The notes below the pieces were generated by a model. It made no database searches. It saw only the letters and a list, made by a program, of their open reading frames with translations, and had not been told where the DNA came from. A stretch of DNA of 64,000 nt, from assembly GCA_963665115.1 (NCBI GenBank), contig OY762007.1, positions 4,672,001 to 4,736,000 on the forward strand. The letters run 5' to 3'. Source of the DNA: an uncultured Rivularia sp. GTDB taxonomy: Bacteria > Cyanobacteriota > Cyanobacteriia > Cyanobacteriales > Nostocaceae. Made by a program: the position numbers and the translations under genes. Positions 21,370 through 31,686 of the stretch are shown here, one piece after another (the first letter of the stretch is position 1; every line of letters starts with the position of its first letter).

Positions 21370-21471
21370 TTATCTATTAAAGAGAAATCGTAGGGAAACC
21401 GAATATGAAAGTCTTTGCGCTTTGTGTCGGTTGTGTTGCGTGACAATCTCTTGGGCTGCAAGTTCATTCAT
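21370..21471 (-). CDS. Putative 33-aa leader peptide upstream of rsgA
   Basis: AGGAGG SD 7 nt before ATG. Translation MNELAAQEIVTQHNRHKAQRLSYSVSLRFLFNR. Overlaps the 5' arms of a long stem-loop. Confidence 0.45.
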   Translation of the reverse strand: MNELAAQEIVTQHNRHKAQRLSYSVSLRFLFNR

Positions 21472-21638
21472 ATTCAATCCTCCTTTAAACTTTTTATTTT
21501 GATACTACAATTGTAGTCGATATAGTTTCAAAATTTTGTAAAATTGGAAGTTTTTTTTAATTGCAGCGATAATCCCTACCTCTGGGAAGCACTGCGAAGT
21601 CCGTTTCACTAGTAACAACGAACATTAATATAGAAAAT

Positions 21639-22592
21639 CTACTTAATAGAGAAGGAAGATTCAAGGTTCAGATTTCTATAAATAGGAAGTTGGAAACCTT
21701 GGTTTTTTTTTATATATAAAAATTTTACCAACGTTTGCCAATTTTTAGGAAATAAACAAGACGGATACAGAAGTTTTATTCCGTCTATTTTTTTATTTTT
21801 CAATTCAATTATTCCCCAATATAAGCTCAAAAAGCTAGAAAGTTCTGAAATACTAGGTATAGAATTATGATATTTTTCATGCACTAGCTGTAAAATATTT
21901 TGCTTTAACAAAATATGATTTTCTAATTTATTTTGAATAGAGAATTTTCTTGAATAGCCTCCATTCCATATAGTTCGGTATGCTAAACATTTATTCACGA
22001 AAATAGCATCACCGTATTGAGCAATTCTAATCCAAAATTCAATATCATTACCGTAGCCATTTAAAAGTGAATGCCAACCACCTGTTTGAAGAAATGCCTT
22101 TTTTTGAAAAGCCACTTGTACGGGAGTTCCAAATGGTAGTTGATCGATTAACATTCCATAATGAATGTCTTCTTGTTGAACATAAGTTGCCGCACTTGAA
22201 CCAATAGTAGAAGTTTGATTCAATATTTTGCCATCTGCTGTTACATTTGTAGCTTGACAAGAGCAAATTACTGCTTGGGGATGTGCATTCACGGCTTTAA
22301 TAAATGTTTCAATACAGTTTGGGGCTAAATAATCATCATCATCTAATAGCTTAATCCACCTTCCATTAGCTATTTTTACTCCGGCATTTATTGCCTCGGA
22401 TTGACCCATTTTGCTAGAATTACGATGATAAATGATGCGATCGCCTAAACTTCTCAGATATTCTTCTGTACCATCACTCGAATAATCATCAGCAATCACG
22501 ACTTCGCAAGGTACAGTCTGATTCAACGCTGATTCAACGGATTGTTTTAAAAGGGACAAACGATTTTGAGTAGTAATAACAATGCTAAACAT
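21639..22592 (-). CDS. Glycosyltransferase family 2
   Basis: FSIVIT, DDYSSDGT, LDDDD motifs. Confidence 0.9.
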   Translation of the reverse strand: MFSIVITTQNRLSLLKQSVESALNQTVPCEVVIADDYSSDGTEEYLRSLGDRIIYHRNSSKMGQSEAINAGVKIANGRWIKLLDDDDYLAPNCIETFIKAVNAHPQAVICSCQATNVTADGKILNQTSTIGSSAATYVQQEDIHYGMLIDQLPFGTPVQVAFQKKAFLQTGGWHSLLNGYGNDIEFWIRIAQYGDAIFVNKCLAYRTIWNGGYSRKFSIQNKLENHILLKQNILQLVHEKYHNSIPSISELSSFLSLYWGIIELKNKKIDGIKLLYPSCLFPKNWQTLVKFLYIKKNQGFQLPIYRNLNLESSFSIK

Positions 22593-22763
22593 TTAAAAGT
22601 GTTTATTTAATAACTAATTTTTTTCAATCTACTTTTAATAAGAATTAGGTGTTGAAACCGTTTAGATCGCGTTGATAATTACTAAATCGCAACTTAGCCT
22701 AATCAAAACCGTTATAGGATAAGAAGCGTTTTTAATTTATCGTACTGCGTAATTCCGCTTTCA

Positions 22764-22866
22764 TAAGCTGATGTGCAGCTAAATTGTATAAAACAAAATT
22801 TGGTAATTATTGTAGTGCGGGCATCTTGCCCGCTAATACTATACAAATTAAGTGCGTAACAACTTA
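22764..22866. mobile_element. MITE-like element, 27-bp imperfect TIRs, TA ends, enclosing a GTAG REP hairpin
   Basis: taagctgatgtgcagctaaattgtata vs revcomp taagttgttacgcacttaatttgtata (20/27). Internal gtagtgcgggcatcttgcccgct. Confidence 0.6.
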
Positions 22867-23092
22867 ATAGATGCGATTACCTACGCATATGTTAAGTGCG
22901 ATAAATTTTATACACAATGTTATTACTACTGAAATATTTTACTCTGCCTTTAGGTCAACTATATAAAATATTGATGTATTGGCAATAAATAATCATATTC
23001 ACGAAAATCTATCTCATCAAAATAAATATAAAACTTAATAAATAAATGCTCGCAATAAGGGTTAGAGCTGCTTACTACGAACTAAATAATTT

Positions 23093-25360
23093 TCAAATTT
23101 TGGAAACTGCTACTGCATTAACATCAACTTTGCGATCGAATAAGATTCGTGGTTTGAGTAATATTTTGAAGAGTAGTATAAATGATTGTAGTTCTCCGGG
23201 GGTACATTTACGCTTCCATTGTCCGGGACGACAAAATAACATTTGTACTAAACGGCGATGCTGAGGTACGGCAACAAGAGGAAATTTGACTCGAATTGTG
23301 GGAAATTCATCTTTGATGCCGGTGTTTACAATCTCTGCGTTTAGCTGCAAGTTTTCTTCAGCTATTTCTAGTTTTACCGATTGATTGGGAGTTAATTCCA
23401 TTGGTATTTGTTGAGTTAATGCAATTTCTGCACCAACTTCGGAAATCATTGTGGTGACTCCCCAAGCTGTTTTTTCGCCAACTTCTAAACGTACTACCCG
23501 TCTCAAGTCAAACCATTCGTAAACATCGGCTTTGGGTGCATCAAGTAATATTAATAGAGCGATACCAATTAATATTAAGTTATAAATACTCCATATCCAT
23601 CCTAAATCTAAACCTTGAAAATGCTCTACTACTTGAGGAGTGCTTGATTGCTGCCATAATAGCGCCAAACACATTCCTAAGTTGCGCCACAGACTAATTG
23701 CATTGGCGATAAATAAAATAATTAAAGGTAAAGCTAAATTCCAGTTGAAATAAAATTTATTACTGGCGTTTCCTTTGGGTGTAACTTTAAATCCTTTGGA
23801 AAACGGATTTAACATTACTTTTATTACCGTTAATGCCAGGGGGAAAGCTAAGGCTATACTGTATATTTCTGATAGGATGGCAGAACGAGAACGTGAATTT
23901 AACCAGGAAAATACTGTTAATTGAGTTAGATAAAAAGGTAAAAGGAAATAAAGTGCTTCTTCTACGGTTGCCTGTACGGGAATAATGCCTAAAAATGAGT
24001 AAGCTAAAGGCATTAATAGAAATCCGACGCGGGAAATGCTAGCAAACCAGTTGAGCAATCCTTCTAGATGAGCTAATCTTTGTAATGGTCGCAATCCTTT
24101 AATTGTAAGGGGATTTGATTTAATAAAAAATGCTTGTAAAGTACCTTGCGCCCAGCGGATGCGTTGAGTTGCGTGTGCGCCGATATTTTCAGCAGCTAAA
24201 CCCGCACTAAGTTTTTCATCTAAATAAATAAGTTTGTACCCTTTAGCTGATAAATTGATTCCTGTAAAGTAATCTTCGCTGAGAGATTCAGTGACAAAAC
24301 CACCAGTTATTTCTAAAGCGCTGCGTCGAACAACAAAGGAAGTCCCCGCACAAACTACACTTCCGGCGCTATCTTTTATCGGTTGAATTTGTCTGTAAAA
24401 AACTTCTTCTTCGGGAGTGACGACGTTTTCTAAACCTAAATTATGAGCGATGGGATCTGCATTATAAAAGCTTTGAGGTGTTTGTACTAAAGCAACTTGC
24501 TCGTCTTGGAAAAAGCCGACTGTACGAGTAAGAAAGTTTGAGGTAGGAATAAAATCGGCATCAAAGACAACGATTAATTCTCCGTTGATTTGAGTAAATG
24601 CATGATTTATATTACCTGCTTTGGCATGATTATTTTGCATCCTAGAAATGTATTCACATCCCAACTCTTCAGCTAAAGCCTTCATTTCCGGACGGCGAGT
24701 ATCATCTAATAAATAAATAGTTTTATTCTTATATTCCAAAGCTTGACAACCAACGATCGTCCTTCGCAAAATAAAAGCTGGTTCGTTATAAGTTGGAATT
24801 AAAACATCGACGCTGGGATTAAATTCTCCTTCAATAACCGCAATTGATTTTCGATCTGCGTCGTGACGGCGTTCTTTAACATTCAGCATTAAAAACAACT
24901 GAATTGTGGCACTAAATAACACCATCATTTCCAAACCAAATAAACCCAAACTAAACGCTCCATTCAAAGGAGTGTCTAAATTTAGAGTTGATAAAGAGCG
25001 CCACAATATATATCTTCCAGTTAACAATAATAATATTCCAACTACCAATCTTCGCGACCAAATACGCGGTTGGGGAGAAACTTTCATCACCGCTAAGACA
25101 GTTAATAATAATGCCACAGTCGGCGCTAATAAATATTTTCCCGTCACCATTGGTGCTTCCAACCACATTGGTGGATTTCGCTGTAAAAAGTTAATTTGAG
25201 CAAAAATTGCATTGATTTGATTTTCTCCAGCAAACCAAGCTGCAACAATAACTGCCGATAATATGACAATGCTTAATAAAAATAGAGTTGCTGTTCTAAT
25301 TTTGAGTTTACTTTTACGAAGATTACGGCGATATTTAATTTCAGATGGTGTAATAGTCAT
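23093..25360 (-). CDS. bcsA: Cellulose synthase catalytic subunit (BcsA/CesA-like) with C-terminal PilZ-like domain
   Basis: PTYNEP, LLDD, HAKAGN, FDADF, QTPQ, SED, QRIRW, FKVTPKG. Confidence 0.85.
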   Translation of the reverse strand: MTITPSEIKYRRNLRKSKLKIRTATLFLLSIVILSAVIVAAWFAGENQINAIFAQINFLQRNPPMWLEAPMVTGKYLLAPTVALLLTVLAVMKVSPQPRIWSRRLVVGILLLLTGRYILWRSLSTLNLDTPLNGAFSLGLFGLEMMVLFSATIQLFLMLNVKERRHDADRKSIAVIEGEFNPSVDVLIPTYNEPAFILRRTIVGCQALEYKNKTIYLLDDTRRPEMKALAEELGCEYISRMQNNHAKAGNINHAFTQINGELIVVFDADFIPTSNFLTRTVGFFQDEQVALVQTPQSFYNADPIAHNLGLENVVTPEEEVFYRQIQPIKDSAGSVVCAGTSFVVRRSALEITGGFVTESLSEDYFTGINLSAKGYKLIYLDEKLSAGLAAENIGAHATQRIRWAQGTLQAFFIKSNPLTIKGLRPLQRLAHLEGLLNWFASISRVGFLLMPLAYSFLGIIPVQATVEEALYFLLPFYLTQLTVFSWLNSRSRSAILSEIYSIALAFPLALTVIKVMLNPFSKGFKVTPKGNASNKFYFNWNLALPLIILFIANAISLWRNLGMCLALLWQQSSTPQVVEHFQGLDLGWIWSIYNLILIGIALLILLDAPKADVYEWFDLRRVVRLEVGEKTAWGVTTMISEVGAEIALTQQIPMELTPNQSVKLEIAEENLQLNAEIVNTGIKDEFPTIRVKFPLVAVPQHRRLVQMLFCRPGQWKRKCTPGELQSFILLFKILLKPRILFDRKVDVNAVAVSKI

Positions 25361-25625
25361 TTTACTGCTCCGATAGTTGGTAGACGTACTAATTTTTGAA
25401 TTTAGATTATCTCTTTATTCTCTTTCTCAGCGCTCTCAGCGCCTAGTAAGGTTTAATCAAATCCAAGATTAACTATAGATTTATTTCTAAACTCCTGGAT
25501 TAAAACAAGATTAGAAATAAAATCAAAAATTTAGTCTAATTTTCAACAACTTCTCAGCTTCTATTAATTTATCTACTAAGACAAAGCTCTAAAGTGTAGC
25601 TATAAACGAATTAGAGGAGACTGCA

Positions 25626-26090
25626 ATGAAATTCAAGTATGTAGCCGTTTTAGGTATTGTTGCTTTATTAAGCGTAGGTTGTACAAATGTAGAATCACAG
25701 CAATCAGAAACTCAACCCCAAGCAGAAACAGTTGCAGAAACTCCTGCTGCTGGCTCGGTACAATCATCGGGTGCTTTTATCGACGCAGAACACCCAACCA
25801 AGGGAACCGCTAGTATTATTACTGAAAATGGTAAGAAATACATACAATTTGATGACAAGTTTAAATCCGATAATGGCCCCGATTTATTCGTAATTTTGCA
25901 CAAAGACGATAAATTACCAATTACCGGAATTAAAGAAGCAGATTATACAAGTATCGCTCCTTTGAAAAGCACAAACGGCGCTCAAAAGTATGAAATCCCT
26001 GAAAATGTAGATGTAGCGAACTTCAAATCTGTAGCTATTTGGTGTCGTAAATTTAATGCAACTTTCGGTTATGCAGTTTTGAAAGCATAA
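25626..26090 (+). CDS. DM13 domain lipoprotein
   Basis: Lipobox LSVGC, GPDLFVIL, GAQKYEIP, IWCRKFNATFG. Confidence 0.88.
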   Translation: MKFKYVAVLGIVALLSVGCTNVESQQSETQPQAETVAETPAAGSVQSSGAFIDAEHPTKGTASIITENGKKYIQFDDKFKSDNGPDLFVILHKDDKLPITGIKEADYTSIAPLKSTNGAQKYEIPENVDVANFKSVAIWCRKFNATFGYAVLKA

Positions 26091-26244
26091 TTAATTCTAA
26101 TAGATAAAAAGGTTCGTAGTCAGTGCTTTAGCGCTCAAATTTAGGACTAAAGTCCTTGCTACAAACCTCTTCAAATTGATGGAATTCTAATATTTCACAA
26201 TCGCTTCTCTTCAACAATTCATAATACAAGGCTTAGACAAGAAG

Positions 26245-26940
26245 ATGGAACTAACAGATTTTATTACACTCATACATCCGGCGATCGCAATTATTTTCGT
26301 GTTCCCCCTCATCGGTAATGTAGTTAACTTCGCATGGGCTGCACGTCAGCGTCGTTTGCAAACCAAAGCCAAAGTAAAAAGCAAAATTCCCGCAGTTTCA
26401 GGTGCAGAACATAAGCGTTTAGGAGATTGGTTAACTGGCTCGGTTGTCGGACTAACTTTACTTGGTGTAGGGCATCCAATTGCAGAAAATATTATTAAAC
26501 AAGAGTTGTGGAGTAAATCACCGTTTCAAGTAGTTTTTATTATTTTATTGTTTGCTGCCACAATTGCTTCTTTAGTATTTCTCTACAAAGCCAAAGAGAA
26601 GCAATGGAGAGCAATTTTTGCAACCTTGACGGGAATGGGAATAGTTATATTGGGTTGCCAAGATGGTGTTTTTCGGCGTACAAATGAATGGTACTGGTCA
26701 CACTATTATTATGGAATAGTAGCATCTTTACTGATGGTTTTCTCTTTAGCAATTGTACCGGAAATTTATCGCGACAAAACTAATAAATGGCGCATTATTC
26801 ACACAGTAGTTAATACTTTCGCTCTAATGCTATTTATCGGACAAGGTATGACAGGAGTTAGAGATTTATTAGAAATTCCTTTAAGTTGGCAGAAACCTTT
26901 TGTCTTTCAATGCGACTTTGTTAATAAAACGTGCTCTTAA
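26245..26940 (+). CDS. DUF4079 family membrane protein
   Basis: Multiple TM helices with conserved His (LIHP, EHKRLG, SHYYYG, WRIIH), GQGMTG.RDL. Confidence 0.75.
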   Translation: MELTDFITLIHPAIAIIFVFPLIGNVVNFAWAARQRRLQTKAKVKSKIPAVSGAEHKRLGDWLTGSVVGLTLLGVGHPIAENIIKQELWSKSPFQVVFIILLFAATIASLVFLYKAKEKQWRAIFATLTGMGIVILGCQDGVFRRTNEWYWSHYYYGIVASLLMVFSLAIVPEIYRDKTNKWRIIHTVVNTFALMLFIGQGMTGVRDLLEIPLSWQKPFVFQCDFVNKTCS

Positions 26941-27058
26941 CAGTGAACAGTTATCAATTATCAGTTATCAGTGAACAGTGATAGCTGATAATTAACTACT
27001 TTTTAATTATTTAACTTCTATAAAAACTAACTACTATCAACTAACAACTATCTTTTAT

Positions 27059-28450
27059 ATGAAACTTGACTTTAATTCTTTAAGATTACGTTTAACGGCT
27101 GGTGTTGCTGCTTTTTCTATTCTTGGTTTAGGTAGCCTTGCTACTTGGACTGGTTGGAGAATGCAGCAAATATTAATTGAGAGTCATAAAAAAAATATTG
27201 AAGAAATCGCTACAACTATACCCCGCGATGCCGAACTTTATAGCAAAATGGCTTCGCGAGAAAAAGCACTTTCTCAAGCAATTAAAAATTTAGATACTAA
27301 TAATACGTTTTTATGGGTGGAAAGTTCGGAAAATACAATATTAGCGAAGTCTAATACTTTGATGAACTCGTCACAAACCCAAGAGAATCAATTAATTGCT
27401 TTAAAAAATATCCCAATTAAACCTAAAGTCGTTCAAATTAATAACCGCTATTTTGTATTTTGTAGCGATTCTTTAAAAATAAATGGCAAGCAAATCGGAT
27501 ATATTTCTGTAGCTCAAGACATCACCCGCGACCAAACTATGTTTGTGTCAATGATGCAAGGTGTAGGTGTTACTAGCGTTTTAGTAATTGTCGTAATGGC
27601 TGGAGCGATCGCCTTTTATATTCAACGCTCTTTAAAGCCTTTACGACAGCTAAGTCAAATGACAGAAGTTATTTCTGCTGACGATTTAGGAAAAGCACAA
27701 CTTTATTTAGAGAAAGCACCTACTGAAGTTAAACAGTTAGCTGAAACTTGTAATATGATGCTGGCTCGTCTTTCCGATTCATGGGAGAAAGAGCGACAAT
27801 TTGTTAGTAATGTCTCTCACGAATTACGCACGCCGCTGGCAATTGTTCACGGTTACTTACAAAGCGTATTAAGAAGACAGCAAAATTTAACAGAAGTTCA
27901 AAAAGAAGCTTTAGAAACTGCGGCATCGGAAGCAGAAAGCACTATTGCTTTATTACAAGATTTACTGGAGTTAGCCAGAGCAGACCACGGTAATTTACAT
28001 CTTAATATAGAAAACTGCATCTTAAATGATGTGGTGAGCGAAGTTGTGGAAATGGCAGATAAATACAGCGAAAGAGATATTAAAGTTGATGCTTCAAGAG
28101 AGGTAATTGAAGTTAAAGCAGACTATAAACGTCTCAAACAAGTACTGCTTAACTTAATTGACAATGCTGTTAAATATTCCGAAGCAGGTACGCCGATAAC
28201 TTTAAAGTTAACTCGCAAGGAAGATGAAGGATGCGTGCAAGTTTGCGATGTGGGTTATGGGATACCTTTACAACATCAATCGCGGATATTCGAGCGCTTT
28301 TACCGAGTAGATGAAGCGCGTAATCGTGCCGGTGGAACTGGCTTGGGTTTATCGATTGTTAAGACGCTGGTTGAAGGAATGGGTGGTAAGGTTTCGGTAC
28401 GTTCTAAGTTGAGTGAAGGAAGTATTTTTACCGTTTGTTTGCCGGTTTAG
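27059..28450 (+). CDS. HAMP-domain sensor histidine kinase
   Basis: Two TM helices, SHELRTPL H-box, NLIDNAVKY, D.G.GI, GGTGLGLSI. Confidence 0.95.
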   Translation: MKLDFNSLRLRLTAGVAAFSILGLGSLATWTGWRMQQILIESHKKNIEEIATTIPRDAELYSKMASREKALSQAIKNLDTNNTFLWVESSENTILAKSNTLMNSSQTQENQLIALKNIPIKPKVVQINNRYFVFCSDSLKINGKQIGYISVAQDITRDQTMFVSMMQGVGVTSVLVIVVMAGAIAFYIQRSLKPLRQLSQMTEVISADDLGKAQLYLEKAPTEVKQLAETCNMMLARLSDSWEKERQFVSNVSHELRTPLAIVHGYLQSVLRRQQNLTEVQKEALETAASEAESTIALLQDLLELARADHGNLHLNIENCILNDVVSEVVEMADKYSERDIKVDASREVIEVKADYKRLKQVLLNLIDNAVKYSEAGTPITLKLTRKEDEGCVQVCDVGYGIPLQHQSRIFERFYRVDEARNRAGGTGLGLSIVKTLVEGMGGKVSVRSKLSEGSIFTVCLPV

Positions 28451-28634
28451 AAAATGGGTAATTGGTAATTGGTAATTAATTATTGTAGGGTGCTGTGACG
28501 GTTACGATGATTTTTCAACTTTAACGAAACAATTTGAAATTACCGTCACGCACCATCTGTTAATTTTTAAATTAATAAATGATAAACCGCAGAGAGCGCA
28601 GAGAGCGCGGAGGAAGAGAAGGAAGAGAGATTTG

Positions 28635-30296
28635 TTATTTACCGAAAAGTCTTTTCCACAAAGGGTTTTTCTTATTCTTTTTTTTCTGCATAATTTCTAG
28701 ACTTTTACGAGTTGTTTTAGTGTCGGGATGATTTTCACCTAAGATGCGTTTTCTCAATTCCAAAGCTTGGATATAGAGGGGTTCAGCCTCTTCGTACTTT
28801 CCTTGGGAATCGTAGAGTAATGCTAAATTATTCAAATTGCTTGCTGTTTCGGGATGATTTTCTCCGAGTAGCTGTTTTCTTAACTCCAAAGCTTGGATAT
28901 AAAGGGGTTCAGCTTCTTCGTGCTTTCTTTGGGATTTGTAGAGATTAGCTAAATTGTTCAAACTCCTTGCAGTGTGGGGATGATTAACTCCGAGTAGCTG
29001 TTTTCTTAACTCCAAAGCTTGGATATGAAGGGGTTCAGCTTCTTCGTACTTTCCTTGGTGATAGTAGAGAGAAGCTAAATTGTTCAAACTGGTTGCAGTG
29101 TCGGGATGATTTTCTCCGAGTAGCTGTTTTCTTAACTCCAAAACTTGAATATGAAGGAGTTCAGCTTCTTTACACTTTCCGATGCGTTCGTAGAGATTAG
29201 CTAAATTGTTCAAACTCCTTGCAGTGAGGGGATGATTTTCTCCGAGTAGCTGTTTTCTTAACTCCAAAGCTTGGATATGAAGGGGTTCAGCTTCTTCGTA
29301 CTTTCCTTGCTGATAGTAAAGAGAAGCTAAATTGTTCAAACTGGTTGCAGTGTCGGGATGATTTTCTCCGAGTAGTTGTTTTCTTAACTCCAAAGCTTGG
29401 ATATAAAGGGGTTCAAGTTTTTCGTACTTTCCTTGGGAATTGTAGAGATTAGCTAAATTGTTTAAGCTACGAGCTAATTCTTCTTCTAAACCTAATTCCG
29501 TCTGCAATTCAACCGCTTTAGAATAATACTCAACCGCTAAACCCTGCTCTTTCTGATAATCCCCAGCTTCACCTCTATCTAATCTTCTTTTATAAATATC
29601 CGCCAATTCAACATACAAAGTCGCTAATTTCTTATCTTCCTTCCCATTTTCCCTTTCTATCTGCTCAATCAACCTCTGCAAATCTTCAACGGATAAAGAA
29701 TAGGATTTATCATCATCAAATTCATCTAATTCCGTACCTTGAAAATTCAAACGTATCTGCTCTAATTCTCTAACGTCAACAAAATTTTTCGCTTTTGAAA
29801 CAAAGTGAAATACACCACTGCGCCAACTCCAAAAGTCTGGTGCTTTCTTTATTAAGTTAACTAAAAGTTGATTTGTCACCCATAGTACAATTGCAAACGG
29901 ATATTCTCGCAGTGCTTCTCTTGTCCACTGTAAGTAACCAAAAAATTTCTCTTGTTCCGATTGCTCTTCTCCGAATTTTAGAAAAAATAATTGCTGTACT
30001 CCAGTTACTGTAATTACTGCTGGTTGAGAATTACGTAAATATTCTTCTTGCTCTACTAACTGATTAATTGCAGCATTTAAACTTGGTTCGCCACGAGCTA
30101 AAGTAGTGCGATAATGACGAAAGTGTGGCTGAAGTTCGGCTTCGTATTTGGCAATAATTTCATCGCGAAAGGTTCCATTGTCGCAAACTGCAATCAACAA
30201 ACTTAATTTTCCTTCTCCTGCTTCAATGGAAACGATTAAATCGTCGTAAGCATCTTGATTTTGCTCGTCTGGATTAACTGATGATTTAGTTACCAT
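28635..30296 (-). CDS. TPR protein with an N-terminal degenerate NTPase-like domain
   Basis: Six 42-aa repeats (SLNNLA.LY..QGKYEEAEPL.IQALELRKQLLGENHP). N-terminal LQWTREALREYPFAIVLW...APDFWSWRSG. Confidence 0.88.
   Translation of the reverse strand: MVTKSSVNPDEQNQDAYDDLIVSIEAGEGKLSLLIAVCDNGTFRDEIIAKYEAELQPHFRHYRTTLARGEPSLNAAINQLVEQEEYLRNSQPAVITVTGVQQLFFLKFGEEQSEQEKFFGYLQWTREALREYPFAIVLWVTNQLLVNLIKKAPDFWSWRSGVFHFVSKAKNFVDVRELEQIRLNFQGTELDEFDDDKSYSLSVEDLQRLIEQIERENGKEDKKLATLYVELADIYKRRLDRGEAGDYQKEQGLAVEYYSKAVELQTELGLEEELARSLNNLANLYNSQGKYEKLEPLYIQALELRKQLLGENHPDTATSLNNLASLYYQQGKYEEAEPLHIQALELRKQLLGENHPLTARSLNNLANLYERIGKCKEAELLHIQVLELRKQLLGENHPDTATSLNNLASLYYHQGKYEEAEPLHIQALELRKQLLGVNHPHTARSLNNLANLYKSQRKHEEAEPLYIQALELRKQLLGENHPETASNLNNLALLYDSQGKYEEAEPLYIQALELRKRILGENHPDTKTTRKSLEIMQKKKNKKNPLWKRLFGK
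28720..29475 (-). repeat. About six tandem 126-bp TPR-encoding repeats
   Basis: Near-identical DNA units (...gggatgattttctccgagtagctgttttcttaactccaaagcttgg...) at 126-bp spacing. Confidence 0.85.
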
Positions 30297-31579
30297 TAAA
30301 TTAAACCTTCTTCGCGCAACAATTCCACAACAATCGGATGCACGTCATACCAGTTTTGCCGGTTGCGATATTCTAAAACGTAAAGTCCGTGCAGCAAATC
30401 TAAGAATTCTTGTTGTTTAGGGTCTTCGGGTTTAAAGTTATCGTATGTGGTTTTTAATATTTCATAATCTGATTTACCTAAAGGCAAAGCAAAGTCATTG
30501 CGGATATTATTAATTGCAGTTTCTAAAATTGCATCGTCAATTACTACTTTATTTCCAGCTTTGCGTCTAATCAAGCGCAAGCAAATACGACAACATTCAT
30601 TAGCAACACGAATTAATTCACGTAAAACACCACCGCTATTTAAAACAATATTTTCTGCGGTTTTTTCTATAATTAATTCCGATGCAATTCGCTTTTTGAG
30701 GATTTCGCAGAGTATCCCCGAAGTTTCAGCGCGTGGTTGAGTATTCGCAATACGACTTTGACCTTTAGTAAACAATTTCAAAACAGGCATTACTACAATT
30801 AGATCGTTAGTTTCCGTCACAATAATTGTTCTTAATACCGTTTCGCGCATCGCGGCAATTGGGATAGTATAAATAATTCTAAATCCCGGCAAACAAAGAG
30901 CTTTAATATTATCCTTATAAATTGTATTGACGACAGCTAGATCTAGTTTATCTAAATCATCAATAATAACTAGAATCTCTTGATTTACCGAATATTGAAT
31001 TGCAGCAGCTATGATATTCAATTGAGCAACTAAATCTGAAATTTTCCGTTCAAACTCTTGCTTAATTTCATAACGAATCGTCGAATCAACTTTTAACTTA
31101 GTGGTAATTGATTTAAATATTGAGCCTTTTGCTTCTGTTTCCGTTTGAATTCCTGCTGCTTCCGTGCGTGTATGTTTAGCAAACCATCGATTTAAAGTAT
31201 CTTTTGTAGATTGGGGGATTTCAACTTGACGCGCTTCTGCTTCTAACATTAAATTGACACCAATCGAAAATAAGATATTGATGTGATTTACATCCGACAT
31301 CTCAATTGTTTCGGCAATGGAAAATAAAACTACAAAATATCTATCTCTTAACCGCTTGCTAAATTCAGCCAGCAAAGTAGATTTACCACATCCCCGATGT
31401 CCTGAAAAAACAATCTTACCGTCACTGTTAGGACTATCTTCGGTTAACTGTTCTAATTCTTCGATTGTTTCTTCACCATAATCAACCCGGAATTGCTGCA
31501 AATCTTTTTCTTCCACTAGGGGAAGTAATTCCAAATTACGGTAAGCTTCTTGAAACGATTTTAATAAATCTCCAGACAT
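30296..31579 (-). CDS. P-loop ATPase (STAND/AAA-like), translationally coupled to the TPR gene
   Basis: Walker A GHRGCGKS, Walker B IIDDLDK, SGGVLRELIR, C-terminal WYDVHP. Stop overlaps the next ATG (TAATG). Confidence 0.88.
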   Translation of the reverse strand: MSGDLLKSFQEAYRNLELLPLVEEKDLQQFRVDYGEETIEELEQLTEDSPNSDGKIVFSGHRGCGKSTLLAEFSKRLRDRYFVVLFSIAETIEMSDVNHINILFSIGVNLMLEAEARQVEIPQSTKDTLNRWFAKHTRTEAAGIQTETEAKGSIFKSITTKLKVDSTIRYEIKQEFERKISDLVAQLNIIAAAIQYSVNQEILVIIDDLDKLDLAVVNTIYKDNIKALCLPGFRIIYTIPIAAMRETVLRTIIVTETNDLIVVMPVLKLFTKGQSRIANTQPRAETSGILCEILKKRIASELIIEKTAENIVLNSGGVLRELIRVANECCRICLRLIRRKAGNKVVIDDAILETAINNIRNDFALPLGKSDYEILKTTYDNFKPEDPKQQEFLDLLHGLYVLEYRNRQNWYDVHPIVVELLREEGLI

Positions 31580-31686
31580 TTAACAGCGCTCCCAAAAGTA
31601 CTATCATTATTATGAGCGCATTACCGTATAACTCAAGTATTCTCTGAGTTAAGCTTTTAGGTTAGCAGTTTGAGACATATTACTTA

